A DNA stretch of 64,000 nucleotides, from positions 4,172 through 68,171 of the forward strand of contig JAUYSY010000022.1 of NCBI GenBank assembly GCA_030696155.1, written 5' to 3'. This DNA comes from Alphaproteobacteria bacterium. Lineage in GTDB: Bacteria > Pseudomonadota > Alphaproteobacteria > JAUXUR01. Every line of letters starts with the position of its first letter. Position 1 is the stretch's first letter. A model generated the notes under the pieces. That model saw nothing but the letters and a program-made list of their open reading frames with translations. It was not told the DNA's origin and ran no database searches. A program made the translations under genes and the position numbers. This document shows, piece after piece, positions 27,098-37,329 of the stretch.

Positions 27098-28882
27098 TTA
27101 GAATGCCGCTTCCGACAATTCCATAATTGATTTTTTACCTGCTTGAATGGAGGTTAACAAAGCTCCGCAATTTGGCATCATGCGGCTCATGTAAAAACGT
27201 GCCGTTGATAATTTATTGCGATAAAAATCAGGATTCTCGCCATTCATTTTTTCAAGTGATACTTTAGCCATTTTTGCCCACATATGCGCGAGTGCAACAT
27301 AGCCAAAAAGACGACAATAATCGCTTGCAGCAGCGCCTGCTTCTTCTTTGTCCACCATGCCTTTTTGAGCAACATACATGGTTGCTTGCTGCAATTTTGA
27401 AAGTCCATCGGCTAGAGGTTGTGTGAAATCTGCCATACCGGGATTCTCTTTATGATCGCGTACAAATTGATCAATTACAGGGAAGAATTGACGCATCAAC
27501 CGTCCGCTATGCTGAGACAATTTACGACCAACTAAATCAAGGGCTTGAATACCATTAGCACCTTCGTAAATTTGGCTGATACGTGCATCACGGACAAATT
27601 GTTCCATACCATGTTCAACGATATAGCCATGGCCTCCAAAAACTTGAAGGGCAAGATTGGTGGATTCAAATCCATAATCTGTTAAGAAAGCTTTAATGAC
27701 AGGGGTCATTAACGACACGTAATCATCCGCTTCTTCGCGAGTTTTAGGGTCATCATGAAGCATTGATATATCAATGTGATAGGCAACATCATAGGCAAGA
27801 GCACGAGCGCCTTCGACAAAGGATTTGATGGTTAATAACATCTTGCGGATATCAGGATGTACGATAAGTGGATCAGCTGGTTTTTCAGGGCATTTAACGC
27901 CACTTAAAGAACGACCTTGTAAGCGTTCTTTGGCATAGATTACCGCATTTTGGTATGCAACTTCGGCAAGGCCTAATCCTTGCATACCAACGCCTAAACG
28001 TGCAGCATTCATCATGGTGAACATGCATTTCATGCCCTCATTAAGATTGCCGACTAAATAGCCTTGGGCTTCATCAAAATTCATGACGCAAGTTGAAGAT
28101 GCTTTAATGCCCATTTTATGTTCGATGGAACCACAATAAACACCATTACGTGGACCTAAAGTACCATCTGCTTTAGGCATGAATTTAGGGACAATGAAAA
28201 GACTAATCCCTTTAATGCCTTCAGGCGCATCAGGTGTACGTGCAATAACCAGATGGATAATATTATCCGTTAAATCATGTTCGCCTGCTGAAATAAATAT
28301 TTTAGTACCAGTGATTTTATAAGAGCCGTCGTTTTGGGGCACTGCTTTGGTGCGTAATAATTTTAAATCTGTACCGCAATGAGGTTCTGTTAAACACATT
28401 GTGCCAGACCAAGAACCTTCAATAAGCTTTGGTAAATAAGTTTTTTTAAGCTCATCTGTACCGTGATTAATAAGCGCTTCATAAGCACCATGTGTCAGCA
28501 TTGGGTACATTGAAAAGGATAAATTAGCGCCACAAAGCATTTCGCTAACCGTAAAATCCATAGATTTTGGCATGCCTTGCCCGCCATAATTCTTATCGCC
28601 TGAAAGCGCTTGCCAACCAGCATCAATAAAAAGCTTATAGGCTTCTTTAAAACCTTTGGGGGTGCGTACAATACCGTTTTCGAAATGACACCCTTCTTGA
28701 TCGCCTGACAAATTTAAAGGTGCAATTTCATTCGTACAAAGCTTTGCACATTCTTCTAAAATCGACTGTACCAAATCTGGCGTTACGTCTTCATAGCCTT
28801 TAAGCTTACTTAAATCGGCTATGCCGACGACATCATTAAGAATAAATAAAATATCTTCGAGTGGGGCATTATATACTGGCAT
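27098..28882 (-). CDS. long-chain acyl-CoA dehydrogenase (FadE/large ACAD type with a C-terminal extension)
   Basis: 594 aa with the ACAD N-, middle and C-domains (GGHGY…, catalytic-region YEGANGIQALD) plus an extra C-terminal domain. Confidence 0.8.
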   Translation of the reverse strand: MPVYNAPLEDILFILNDVVGIADLSKLKGYEDVTPDLVQSILEECAKLCTNEIAPLNLSGDQEGCHFENGIVRTPKGFKEAYKLFIDAGWQALSGDKNYGGQGMPKSMDFTVSEMLCGANLSFSMYPMLTHGAYEALINHGTDELKKTYLPKLIEGSWSGTMCLTEPHCGTDLKLLRTKAVPQNDGSYKITGTKIFISAGEHDLTDNIIHLVIARTPDAPEGIKGISLFIVPKFMPKADGTLGPRNGVYCGSIEHKMGIKASSTCVMNFDEAQGYLVGNLNEGMKCMFTMMNAARLGVGMQGLGLAEVAYQNAVIYAKERLQGRSLSGVKCPEKPADPLIVHPDIRKMLLTIKSFVEGARALAYDVAYHIDISMLHDDPKTREEADDYVSLMTPVIKAFLTDYGFESTNLALQVFGGHGYIVEHGMEQFVRDARISQIYEGANGIQALDLVGRKLSQHSGRLMRQFFPVIDQFVRDHKENPGMADFTQPLADGLSKLQQATMYVAQKGMVDKEEAGAAASDYCRLFGYVALAHMWAKMAKVSLEKMNGENPDFYRNKLSTARFYMSRMMPNCGALLTSIQAGKKSIMELSEAAF

Positions 28883-29124
28883 TTCTTTACGTTCCTTTAA
28901 TTTTATAGTTGTTTAACTTCACGCGGATACTTCGTCATTCTTTGCTCACGTATGAAGAATACGCTTCGCGCGTCATTCCTTGTCTGCGCATAAATTTAAA
29001 TAACTATAACTGCTCATCTTATGTACAAATTCGCTGTTAAATCGTAATTACTCACCCCAACCCTATGCTGAAGTAATTTTTCATACTTTCTCGAGGAGAG
29101 AGAAATTTTGAAATTAATTCCCCT

Positions 29125-29245
29125 TCTTCCTACGTCCCGCGGCTTGTCCCTCGGGATCCATACAGCTTTAGGAAAGGTCCGACAAATATTTATCATTTCC
29201 CTTTTTGAACATGGACCCCGCGGACAAGCCGCGGGGCGTAGGAGG
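29125..29245. repeat. REP-like palindromic element, family A
   Basis: CTTCCTACGTCCCGCGGCTTGTCCCTCGGGATCCAT … GGACCCCGCGGACAAGCCGCGGGGCGTAGGAGG. Confidence 0.75.
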
Positions 29246-29319
29246 GGGGAATGAGCAATTACGTTAAATCTGTATATTCCATAAGCTTTGTCTTACTATT
29301 TGAGCAGTTAATGTTACAA

Positions 29320-31638
29320 TTAGTTTCTAAGTGGCTTGCCTGTTTCCAACATTTGTTGAATACGGGCTAAAGTGCGTGGATCTTGAACAAGCGGCATAAA
29401 AGCTTCACGCTCTAAGGCTAACAATTGATCCTCGGTAATGGTTTCTGTGATATCAGTTGTACCACCGCTCAAAATTGTTGAAAGCTTTTCAGCAACAACA
29501 ACATCATAATCGGTTGCAACGCCTTTTTTATGGAAATCGCCAACAGCCATTTCCATGGCAACTTTAGCGGTTGGACCAGGCAATACAATATCAGCAGATA
29601 AAGGTGCTTTATAATGAGAGGCCATTTCAAGTGCACGTTTCTTGGCATCGGCCAATAAACGATCACGATTCATTGTAATGATATCAGTTTCACGCAAATA
29701 AAGCATGTCTTGTGCTTCATAAGCGGATTTTGCAACTTTTGCTGTCGCGATCATTTCAAAAATCGGTACAACAACAGGCATTGGTCCTTGAGCACGTTTT
29801 TTGTTGAGATAAGAACGCGTGAGCATTTCTTTACAACCGCCCCAAGCAGGGACTAAACCTACACCGACTTCAACGAGACCCATATAGGTTTCAGCATGCG
29901 CTTGAACAGCATCACAATGAAGCAGGATTTCACAACCGCCACCAACAGCAATACCTGATGGTGCGCCAATAACTGGGAAAGGTGCGTATTTTAATGCTTT
30001 GTATATTTTTTGACCATTGGCCACGAAATCCTCAATCATCGGCCACATCGCCATGCTTGCGGCAAATAACGCCATGCCAATATTAGCACCCGCTGAAAAG
30101 TGTGCGCCTTCATTATAAATAACCAAGGCTTTGTATTTTTCTTTGGTGATATCAATCGCTTTTTGAATCATATCAAAGGTGTTTTGGTCAATTGAATTCA
30201 TTTTGCTCGTGAATTCAAGACACGTAACACCATCACCAATATCCCAAAGACTTGCTGATTCGTTTGAAGCAAGTGCTTTTGATGATTTTTTAATATCAGA
30301 CAGAAGCAAGACGCCTTCAGCACGTTTTAGTGGCTGATAGCCTTTTTGAGCATCAAAGTATTGAATACCATTTTGGATTTGGTAAAAACTATTGGCGCCT
30401 ACTTTTTCAAGGAGCGCAGGGATCGTGCGACCTTCAGCTTTAATTTTATCGCGGAACCATGTAACGCCGACTTTATCTAAAAGTTCAAATGGTCCATATT
30501 TCCAATTATAGCCTAAACGCATAGCCTCGTCGATTTCAACAATTGTTTCAGCGGTATCAGGTACAAGCGTCAACGCATAAAGAAGTGTGTCCGATAAAAC
30601 TTTCCACGCATAAGAACCATATTTGTCATTCGTTAACAAAAGGTTGCGCAGATTATCTTTACCAGCTTCAATGGCAGCTAATTTTGGTTTTGTGCTTTTA
30701 CGGTAAGAACCTGTTTGAAGATCGATTGATTCTTTAACTTTTTTACCATCGATGGTGGCTAGTCTGTAAAAACCGCCTTTTCCTTTACGACCTGTATACC
30801 CATCTTGAATCATTTTGTTGATAAGTTCTGGCATTGGCGGTAAATCAGAAAATGCATCTTCTTTAGGGAGTTGCGCGCGCATGCTGGATAACACATGTGG
30901 CATTAAATCGAGCCCTACAAGATCCATTAATGCAAAAACGCCAGTTTTGGGGATACCCATAGGACGTGAAATAAGTGCGTCAGCTTCTTCAACTTGGATA
31001 TTTTGTTGAAGCGCTAATGTTGCTGCATGGTGAATCCAGTAGGTGCCAATGCGATTAGCGATAAATCCAGGCGTATCTTTACAGAATACAACACCCTTGC
31101 CAAGCTTCCGATCAGCAAAATCACGCATTGTTTCAATGGCATCCGTTCGCGTTTCTTTGCCCTTTACAATTTCTAAAAGGCGCATATAACGTGGTGGGTT
31201 GAAAAAATGTGTGATCATGAAATCGTTTTTAAAACGATCGCTTAAGCCTGTCGTTAATTTTTCGAGTGGAATCGTCGATGTATTGGATGAAACAATCGAT
31301 CCTGCTTTGCGAATCGCATCAATTTTTTTATAAAGATCTTGTTTGATCTCGATCTTTTCAATGACAGCTTCTACGATCCAATCAACATCTTTTAATAAAT
31401 CAAGATGATCTTCGATATTGCCTGTCTGTACCAATTTTGCACATTTTGCATGCATAAAAGGGGCAGGATCTGTTTTCAATAATTTTTGAACAGCTGATTC
31501 TGCAATTGCATTACGATTAGGATTATTAGGCGCCACAATATCAAGAAGGATAACGGGCGTTCCCGAATTCGCGATATGGGCTGCAATACCAGCCCCCATC
31601 ACACCTGCGCCGATAACGGCAGCTTTTTGAATGGCCAT
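29320..31638 (-). CDS. bifunctional 3-hydroxyacyl-CoA dehydrogenase / enoyl-CoA hydratase family protein; the start is taken at the internal ATG immediately after the thiolase stop
   Basis: An N-terminal NAD-binding GAGVMGAGIA (3HCDH) and a C-terminal crotonase fold. TAA-tc-ATG coupling with the upstream thiolase gene supports the 31638 start. Confidence 0.8.
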   Translation of the reverse strand: MAIQKAAVIGAGVMGAGIAAHIANSGTPVILLDIVAPNNPNRNAIAESAVQKLLKTDPAPFMHAKCAKLVQTGNIEDHLDLLKDVDWIVEAVIEKIEIKQDLYKKIDAIRKAGSIVSSNTSTIPLEKLTTGLSDRFKNDFMITHFFNPPRYMRLLEIVKGKETRTDAIETMRDFADRKLGKGVVFCKDTPGFIANRIGTYWIHHAATLALQQNIQVEEADALISRPMGIPKTGVFALMDLVGLDLMPHVLSSMRAQLPKEDAFSDLPPMPELINKMIQDGYTGRKGKGGFYRLATIDGKKVKESIDLQTGSYRKSTKPKLAAIEAGKDNLRNLLLTNDKYGSYAWKVLSDTLLYALTLVPDTAETIVEIDEAMRLGYNWKYGPFELLDKVGVTWFRDKIKAEGRTIPALLEKVGANSFYQIQNGIQYFDAQKGYQPLKRAEGVLLLSDIKKSSKALASNESASLWDIGDGVTCLEFTSKMNSIDQNTFDMIQKAIDITKEKYKALVIYNEGAHFSAGANIGMALFAASMAMWPMIEDFVANGQKIYKALKYAPFPVIGAPSGIAVGGGCEILLHCDAVQAHAETYMGLVEVGVGLVPAWGGCKEMLTRSYLNKKRAQGPMPVVVPIFEMIATAKVAKSAYEAQDMLYLRETDIITMNRDRLLADAKKRALEMASHYKAPLSADIVLPGPTAKVAMEMAVGDFHKKGVATDYDVVVAEKLSTILSGGTTDITETITEDQLLALEREAFMPLVQDPRTLARIQQMLETGKPLRN

Positions 31639-31640
31639 GA

Positions 31641-32777
31641 TTACGCAGCCTCCAAAATCGTGGCAATACCTTGACCGCCACCAATACATTGCGTTGAAAG
31701 CGCATATTTTTTGCCTTCACGTTTCAATAATTGTGCAGCTTTTCCGGTAATACGCGCGCCAGTTGCACCCAATGGATGACCTAATGCAATTGCACCACCA
31801 TCTAAATTCACTTTTTTATGGTCTATCATAAGGTCTTGCAAACATGCCAAAGATTGGGATGCAAAAGCTTCATTGATTTCAACGATATCAATGTCTTTTT
31901 CGGTTAGATTAGCGCGTTTCAATGCTTTACGTGTGGCTTCAACAGGACCAATACCCATGACTTCAGGACCACAACCAGCAACTGCAATACTTTTAATACG
32001 TGCAAGGATCGGTAAATTATGTTTTTTAGCATAATCTTCAGAACACACAAGAACGGCAGACGCACCATCAGTTAAAGGTGAAGACGTGCCAGCCGTTACA
32101 GTTCCTTGTTGATCAAAAGCTAAATCAAGTTTTGATAGGATTTCAGCACTTGTTTCAGGACGAATACAACCATCACGATCAATTATCGTGTTGCCAACAC
32201 GAATAGGAATAATTTCGTCTTTGAATTTACCGTCTTGATCTGCTTTTGTTGCTTTTTGATGGCTGATGACGGAGAATTCTTCTTGGGCTTTGCGCGAAAT
32301 CTGATATCGTTGCGCAACATTTTCTGCAGTCAATCCCATGGCCATATAGGCTTCTGGTTTATCTTTAGCAAGTGTTGGATTTGGCATAGGATTGTAACCG
32401 CCCATTGGAATGCGTGTCATGGATTCAACACCAGCGCAAATAAAGACTTCACCTGCATTCATTTGAATGGCACCGGCCGCATCATGAATCGCTTGCATGG
32501 AGGATCCACAAAAACGATTGACAGTCATACCACCAACATGGAGCGGTAAATCAGCTAATAGGCTTATGATACGCGCAACGTTAAAACCTTGCTCGCCTTC
32601 AGGAAAAGCGCAACCAACGATCACATCTTCAATGTCTTGAACATTCACTTTTGTACGTTCGATGAGTCCGCGGATAACTTGCGCTGCAATATCATCAGGA
32701 CGCACTTTGGCCAAAGCGCCTCGTTTCGAGAGTGTAAAGGGTGATCTTACAAAAGCCGAAATTACTACGTTACGCAT
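31641..32777 (-). CDS. fadA: acetyl-CoA C-acyltransferase (3-ketoacyl-CoA thiolase)
   Basis: Thiolase active-site contexts (…RFCGSSMQA…, NEAFASQ, GHPLGATG, CIGGGQG). Confidence 0.9.
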   Translation of the reverse strand: MRNVVISAFVRSPFTLSKRGALAKVRPDDIAAQVIRGLIERTKVNVQDIEDVIVGCAFPEGEQGFNVARIISLLADLPLHVGGMTVNRFCGSSMQAIHDAAGAIQMNAGEVFICAGVESMTRIPMGGYNPMPNPTLAKDKPEAYMAMGLTAENVAQRYQISRKAQEEFSVISHQKATKADQDGKFKDEIIPIRVGNTIIDRDGCIRPETSAEILSKLDLAFDQQGTVTAGTSSPLTDGASAVLVCSEDYAKKHNLPILARIKSIAVAGCGPEVMGIGPVEATRKALKRANLTEKDIDIVEINEAFASQSLACLQDLMIDHKKVNLDGGAIALGHPLGATGARITGKAAQLLKREGKKYALSTQCIGGGQGIATILEAA

Positions 32778-32878
32778 TTTTTCCTCCGGGTAAATAAAAA
32801 AGATTGCAAAAGTAAAAATTGGTCACTTAATAATAAGTGACCATAAGATGTTTCAAAAGAAGTCTAATGATAAGCCTA

Positions 32879-34645
32879 CTAACTAGATACAGGTGTTTTT
32901 TCAGCTTCTTCAACTTTTAGTTTATTATATTTTGCCATTTCTTCAGCAACGAGTTCTTTTTTAGAATGTTTACCAACCATTGTTTTTGGTAATTCATCTC
33001 TAAACTCTATATGCTTGGGCATTTCGATAGGTGATAATTTGTCTTTTAAGAAAGAAAAAATATCATCTGCTGTTGCTTTTTCGCCAGGTTTAACGATGAC
33101 GAATGCTTTGACTGTTTGCCCACGATACTCATCAGGGACACCAATAACAGTCGTTTCTTGAACAGACGGATGGAGTAAAATTACTTCTTCAACTTGACGT
33201 GGATATACGTTAAAGCCACCACAAATAACGACATCTTTAATACGGTCGACAACGAAGACATAGCCTTCCTCATCCATATACCCAATATCACCCGTATATA
33301 ATAAACCATTTCTGAGGCAAAGTTTTGTTTCGTCTTCACGTTTCCAATAGCCTGCCATGACTTGAGGTCCACGAACACAAATCTCACCTTTTTCACCAAT
33401 AGGTAAGACTTTATCAGGATATTCTGGGTCTCGAATTTCAATAATAGTGCCAGGCACTGGAATGCCAATCGAGCCTTCTTTATTAATCCCAAAAAATGGA
33501 TTTGCTGTTGCAATAGGTGATGTTTCGCTTAATCCATAACCTTCTACTAAGCTACATCCCGTTTTTGTTTCAAATGTTCGTTTGACACTAACAGGCAAAG
33601 GTGCACCACCTGAAATGCACAATTTAAGCGATGATAAATCATAATTATCCAGTGATTTGGAATGATTAATCGCTGTAAAAATTGTGGGCACTGCGGGAAA
33701 AACAGTTGGTCTTTTTTGGTGGATTAATTTTAAAAGACTTTTAAGCTCAAAACGCGGCATTAAAATAATTTCAGCGCCAATCTTCAATGCAACATTCATG
33801 ACGGCTGTCATGGCAAACACATGGAAAAGCGGCAAAATACCAAGCATACGTTCTTGCCCTAAAGCAAGTTTTCCACACCACAATTCGCATTGAACAGTGT
33901 TTGCATAAAGATTGCTATGGGTAAGCATAGCGCCTTTGGGGATGCCTGTTGTACCGCCGGTATATTGTAACACGGCAATATCTTTATCAGATACAGGGAC
34001 TTCCGTAAATTTACCGTCATTATCGAAAATTTTACGACAAGGAATTAATGAATCACTCGGTGTAAATTTTGCAATATCACCAAAATGCAATGCTTTAAAA
34101 GCAAGGCTTTTAGCGAAGGGTAAAATGTCACCCATCGAGCAAACAACAATTTTTTTAAGATGCGTTGAACCGCGTAAATCTGAAACTTTATCGAAAAGCG
34201 TTTTAAGATCTAATGTAACCAAAACTTCCGTTTCAGAATCATTAATCTGAGGAATGATTTCGCGTTGTACATAAAGGGGGCTAAAATTGACAACAATGCC
34301 GCCAATACGAAGTGTTGCATAATAAAATATAACGGAATAAGGCGTGTTGGGTAAGAAAATGCCAACTTTTGTGCCTTTTTTGACGCCAATTTCTTGCAGC
34401 CCTTTAGCAGCCTTTTGAACCAAATGCCCTATTTCATTATATGTATATTCTTTACCCATGAATTCAACACAAGGATGTGTTCCATATTTTAGAACGCTTT
34501 TTTCTAAAATTTCATAAAGGGGACCTGTGGGCAAATGTTCGTGCCAGCTGACATTTTCGGGATAAGATTGTTCCCAAGGCCAAGAAAATTTTTGTTCTGT
34601 TTTCAAATTCATGGTCACCCTTTTTGATAAGATAGGAAGTTTCAT
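32879..34645 (-). CDS. fadD: long-chain-fatty-acid--CoA ligase
   Basis: AMP-binding motif YTGGTTGIPKGA, and GYGLSE and GDIGYMDEEGY motifs. Confidence 0.85.
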   Translation of the reverse strand: MKLPILSKRVTMNLKTEQKFSWPWEQSYPENVSWHEHLPTGPLYEILEKSVLKYGTHPCVEFMGKEYTYNEIGHLVQKAAKGLQEIGVKKGTKVGIFLPNTPYSVIFYYATLRIGGIVVNFSPLYVQREIIPQINDSETEVLVTLDLKTLFDKVSDLRGSTHLKKIVVCSMGDILPFAKSLAFKALHFGDIAKFTPSDSLIPCRKIFDNDGKFTEVPVSDKDIAVLQYTGGTTGIPKGAMLTHSNLYANTVQCELWCGKLALGQERMLGILPLFHVFAMTAVMNVALKIGAEIILMPRFELKSLLKLIHQKRPTVFPAVPTIFTAINHSKSLDNYDLSSLKLCISGGAPLPVSVKRTFETKTGCSLVEGYGLSETSPIATANPFFGINKEGSIGIPVPGTIIEIRDPEYPDKVLPIGEKGEICVRGPQVMAGYWKREDETKLCLRNGLLYTGDIGYMDEEGYVFVVDRIKDVVICGGFNVYPRQVEEVILLHPSVQETTVIGVPDEYRGQTVKAFVIVKPGEKATADDIFSFLKDKLSPIEMPKHIEFRDELPKTMVGKHSKKELVAEEMAKYNKLKVEEAEKTPVSS

Positions 34646-34736
34646 TGATTTTCACCCGATTGTCACAAAAAATCAAGAGGCCCTAAATTACCTTTTTAAA
34701 AAAAGATAAAGGACCTCAGAAAATGTGTGTGGTGCG

Positions 34737-36056
34737 TTAGAGTTTATAGCGCAACCCTGCGCTTAAGATATTCACATTGGTCTTGATACGACCTTTTAAA
34801 TTACCTTTAGTTTCATGTTTTAAGTCGATGCCTGCTTTTTTAAAAAAGAGATGACCATAAGAAAGATCAAAGAAAAGTGTATCATAAATACGTGTGCTTA
34901 AACCGGTATTCAAAAATACGCGATCGCTATCAGGGATACGCGCAGTGCGATGTTCATTGGGTACTGGTGATTTATCAAATCCACCACCGACACCAAATGT
35001 CCAAGAATCGTTTAAGTAATAATGTGCACCACCTGCAACACGAAAAACACCTTTCCATTTCATAGGTGAAACGTCGTCGGGTTGAACAGGATTTTTAAAG
35101 CGAACACGTAATTCTTTTAATCGACGCCAATGCGTATACTGAACATCACTCATAATGGCCCATTTTGGGCTGAATTTATGATAAAAACCAGCAATTACAG
35201 CTTCTGGAAAGGTAATAGAGGCATTAACACCGGTATTTTTAAACATTCCCGATCGTTGGTTAATAACATCACCAATAGGGGAGCGTTTAAAGACGGCTTT
35301 ACCGCTTAATTCAGAACAAATTGTTGATCGATAGGAAAATCCAAAACGTGTATCTTCAGTCGGTTCGTATAAAACACCTGCGTTAAATCCAAAACCCCAA
35401 TCATCACCTTTAATTTTTACATAACCGTCGGCTGTTTGCGAAGCGCTTCCTAATCCTTTGCTTGCTGCAATACCACCAAAATCAATAGCACTTTCGAGTG
35501 TTGCCTCTACATATTCTGCGCTTAGTCCAACACCAAAAGTTAACTTATCATGTGCTTTATAAGCAATGGATGGATTAATGTTTAATGTAGCCATATCATT
35601 TTTGGTACCATGATAACGACCTTCCCACGTTTTTTTATAGTCAATCCCCAAACCGAAAGGTGCAAAAATACCAAATCCAGCATATAATTTATCGCTTATT
35701 TGATGACTTGCAAAAAAATTGGGAATATAAGCCGTTTTACCAGCATCCCCACCACTATCTTTTGATAAAGGTTTTAAAGAACGGCCATAAATTGTTGAGC
35801 CTTGGTCTTCATATTTCGTTGATGGTGATAAAATATGCGCACCACCCATAAATTGCGTTCCTTTAAGACGACTTAAAGCGGCAGGATTAAATACGATGGC
35901 ACTTGCATCATCAATAGAGGTTGTGGCACCTGCATAGCCAGTTTTAAAACCGCTAATACTTTGTTCAATAATAGCGATACCTGCGGCATGAGTATTTTCT
36001 ACATAACAATTTGAAATTGAAAGAAAAACAAAAGGTAAAATTCGTTTAAGTGACAT
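34737..36056 (-). CDS. fadL: outer-membrane long-chain fatty-acid transporter (FadL/TodX family)
   Basis: Signal peptide, a 14-strand beta-barrel-like alternating pattern, and a C-terminal aromatic residue (…RYKL); it lies directly upstream of fadD. Confidence 0.8.
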   Translation of the reverse strand: MSLKRILPFVFLSISNCYVENTHAAGIAIIEQSISGFKTGYAGATTSIDDASAIVFNPAALSRLKGTQFMGGAHILSPSTKYEDQGSTIYGRSLKPLSKDSGGDAGKTAYIPNFFASHQISDKLYAGFGIFAPFGLGIDYKKTWEGRYHGTKNDMATLNINPSIAYKAHDKLTFGVGLSAEYVEATLESAIDFGGIAASKGLGSASQTADGYVKIKGDDWGFGFNAGVLYEPTEDTRFGFSYRSTICSELSGKAVFKRSPIGDVINQRSGMFKNTGVNASITFPEAVIAGFYHKFSPKWAIMSDVQYTHWRRLKELRVRFKNPVQPDDVSPMKWKGVFRVAGGAHYYLNDSWTFGVGGGFDKSPVPNEHRTARIPDSDRVFLNTGLSTRIYDTLFFDLSYGHLFFKKAGIDLKHETKGNLKGRIKTNVNILSAGLRYKL

Positions 36057-36239
36057 TGATAAAATCCTGCGTTTTTTAAGATCTGTAAAATTATCGCATA
36101 ATTTTAAATTCTGTCAATAAAGCCACCCATAAAACGACAACTTATGTTACTTATTACCCACATCATTACAATTTTTAAAAGATTTTCTATAGACGCTGTT
36201 AACATTTCATATTGACAACCAAATGTAGCTTATCTGAAC

Positions 36240-36437
36240 TTGAGTTTAGATTTTGAGATTGTTGCACCGATTTGTCTTATTCGTGCCAAACGAGGTGTAC
36301 CTTATCCTGAAAAAATTTTTCAAGAACGCGCACAATCACTTAAGAATCTAACCATTCACGAATTGCCAGGTGGTCATCATATCCATATGGATGATCCAAA
36401 GCCTGTAGCAACACTTATTTCAGCGTTTTTAACCTAA
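36240..36437 (+). pseudogene. fragment duplicating the C-terminus of the alpha/beta hydrolase gene at 24983..25843
   Basis: The translation IVAPICLIRAKRGVPYPEKIFQERAQSLKNLTIHELPGGHHIHMDDPKPV is about 90% identical to the last roughly 60 aa of the intact hydrolase; there is no N-terminal part and it is in inverted orientation. Confidence 0.65.
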
Positions 36438-36454
36438 GATTAAAAAATGCCGAC

Positions 36455-36747
36455 TCACTTATTCTCAAGATTCAAATCCCTATAAAAATTTTCATGAGCG
36501 CCCAATTTAAAAAGTACAATTTCGTTTTCATCTACTTTCCAAATATACGCCAAAAGTGTTAAAAACTTTTCCATTTTAAACTTAAAGACACACACTTGCG
36601 ACAAATCTGCTTTCTTTTCTTGGCCAATAGATGGATTTTTAATAATCTCTTTAACCGCCTTATCAAGATCTTTTTTTTTGATTCAAATAGAGCTTCTTTA
36701 TACTCTTTTGAAAGCTTAGCGTTTGCTTGATTTTCATCAGGATTCAT
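36455..36747 (-). pseudogene. RelE/ParE-family toxin gene disrupted by a 1-nt frameshift in an A9 homopolymer
   Basis: Frame 1 gives MNPDENQANAKLSKEYKEALFESKKK… and then terminates. Restoring one A in the run at 36671..36679 yields a 97-aa RelE/ParE-like ORF (…DLDKAVKEIIKNPSIGQEKKADLSQVCVFKFKMEKFLTLLAYIWKVDENEIVLFKLGAHENFYRDL…). Confidence 0.6.
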
Positions 36748-36961
36748 TAAATTGATATTCTGTTATAAGCCCTAATTCATCTTCCTCAATACTCAGTAAA
36801 ATACCTTTAATATCATCAAAAGAAAGATCTGGATTTTCTTCAGCAATTTTACCAATACGTGCGCAATAAGCAATTTGCTTCGATATAGACCTCTCATAAC
36901 CACTTGAATATGCTTTAGCTTCTTTAAAAATATCATCGGGAATATTAACAGCGACAGACAT
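36737..36961 (-). CDS. ParD-like / ribbon-helix-helix-type antitoxin
   Basis: A 75-aa product (MSVAVNIPDDIFKEAKAYSSGYERSISKQIAYCARIGKIAEENPDLSFDDIKGIL…) that overlaps the toxin-pseudogene start by 11 bp, which is a typical type II TA layout. Confidence 0.55.
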   Translation of the reverse strand: MSVAVNIPDDIFKEAKAYSSGYERSISKQIAYCARIGKIAEENPDLSFDDIKGILLSIEEDELGLITEYQFNES

Positions 36962-37329
36962 GATACTTACCTCTATATAATGTAATACACAACATATTGT
37001 TGTGATTCGCAACATTCTAAAAATTAATCACATTAACTAAATTTAATCAATTTTTCAGCTTCAATATCAGAAATGTCTTTATTTTCTTTAATAAATGTTT
37101 GAATTTTAGATAATGCCATCTCATAAAGAAGCTTGATCAAATGCAAAAAGTTGATTCTGTGATATTAAAAATAATGTATACATTAATAGGATTCTTTTAC
37201 TCATAATGCGTTTTTTTGTTTAATATTTTATGCTAATACACATTTACGTTTAATTAATTGATAAAGATTTTTTTTACAAAAACCACAAGAAGCATAAGCT
37301 TCTTGCGGAACATTTTTTGTATTTTTTCT

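Noticed and set aside
31639-31689. Long form of the HCDH/ECH gene starting at 31689 (MYWWRSRYCHDFGGCVI…)
   Set aside because: It overlaps the thiolase 3' end; the internal ATG at 31638 directly follows the thiolase TAA and precedes the conserved NAD-binding motif.
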